DNA of 64,000 nucleotides from an uncultured Synergistales bacterium (GTDB lineage Bacteria > Synergistota > Synergistia > Synergistales > Aminobacteriaceae), in the NCBI GenBank assembly GCA_905235395.1, contig CAJOLN010000001.1, positions 567 to 64,566 on the forward strand, read 5' to 3'. Every line of letters begins with the position of its first letter. Position 1 is the stretch's first letter. Positions 63,979 to 64,000 of this stretch are shown piece by piece. Both the position numbers and the translations under genes were made by a program. The notes beneath the pieces were generated by a model. That model was not told the DNA's origin. It saw only the letters and a list, made by a program, of their open reading frames with translations, and did no database searches.

Positions 63979-64000
63979 AAGCATGAATATAGGCGAAGCA

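Noticed and set aside
1-64000. CRISPR arrays, IS elements, prophage genes, rRNA
   Set aside because: No regularly spaced direct repeats, transposase or integrase-like ORFs, phage structural genes or rRNA-like sequences were seen. The intergenic gaps are all under 310 nt.

Overview
This is a densely coding bacterial chromosomal window of about 60 genes, one tRNA and no rRNA, CRISPR array, transposase or integrase. Two secreted proteins end in a GGC motif, a hydrophobic helix and a Lys/Arg tail. That pattern resembles the Synergistetes-specific Synerg-CTERM sorting signal. Together with diderm envelope genes (TolC, TamB/AsmA-like) and Firmicute-like operon orders, it suggests a Synergistota-type genome; this is inference. 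The housekeeping content includes dapH-dapB-dapA, topA-trmFO, lepB-rbgA-rnhB, rsmB, rpe, argG, sbcCD and cysK. It also includes a frameshifted ychF, two thermonuclease paralogs and a YoeB toxin-antitoxin pair. The most unusual block lies directly downstream of tRNA-Pro(CGG), at roughly 44.9-53.2 kb. It encodes a 63-aa peptide with a textbook double-glycine leader and a core with exact C2H2 zinc-finger spacing. This gene is divergent from an orphan REC/SARP-like regulator, a 65-aa HlyD-like stub and a C39-peptidase ABC exporter paired with a second ABC exporter (NHLM-type arrangement). An anchored Arg/Glu polyampholyte protein follows, and the block is flanked by two circularly permuted family-3 solute-binding proteins. 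The second notable signal is a short upstream ORF with five consecutive Cys codons in front of cysK, a candidate Cys-sensing leader peptide. Other oddities are a kinase-less PASTA protein in the prkC position, a GT61 glycosyltransferase inserted into the rnhB-ylqG-ylqH-type operon without a canonical start codon, ARH-vWA and LRR-carboxylesterase fusions, and a TolC-PHP-adaptor operon with no pump. All functional calls come from reading motifs in the translations; no database search was run.
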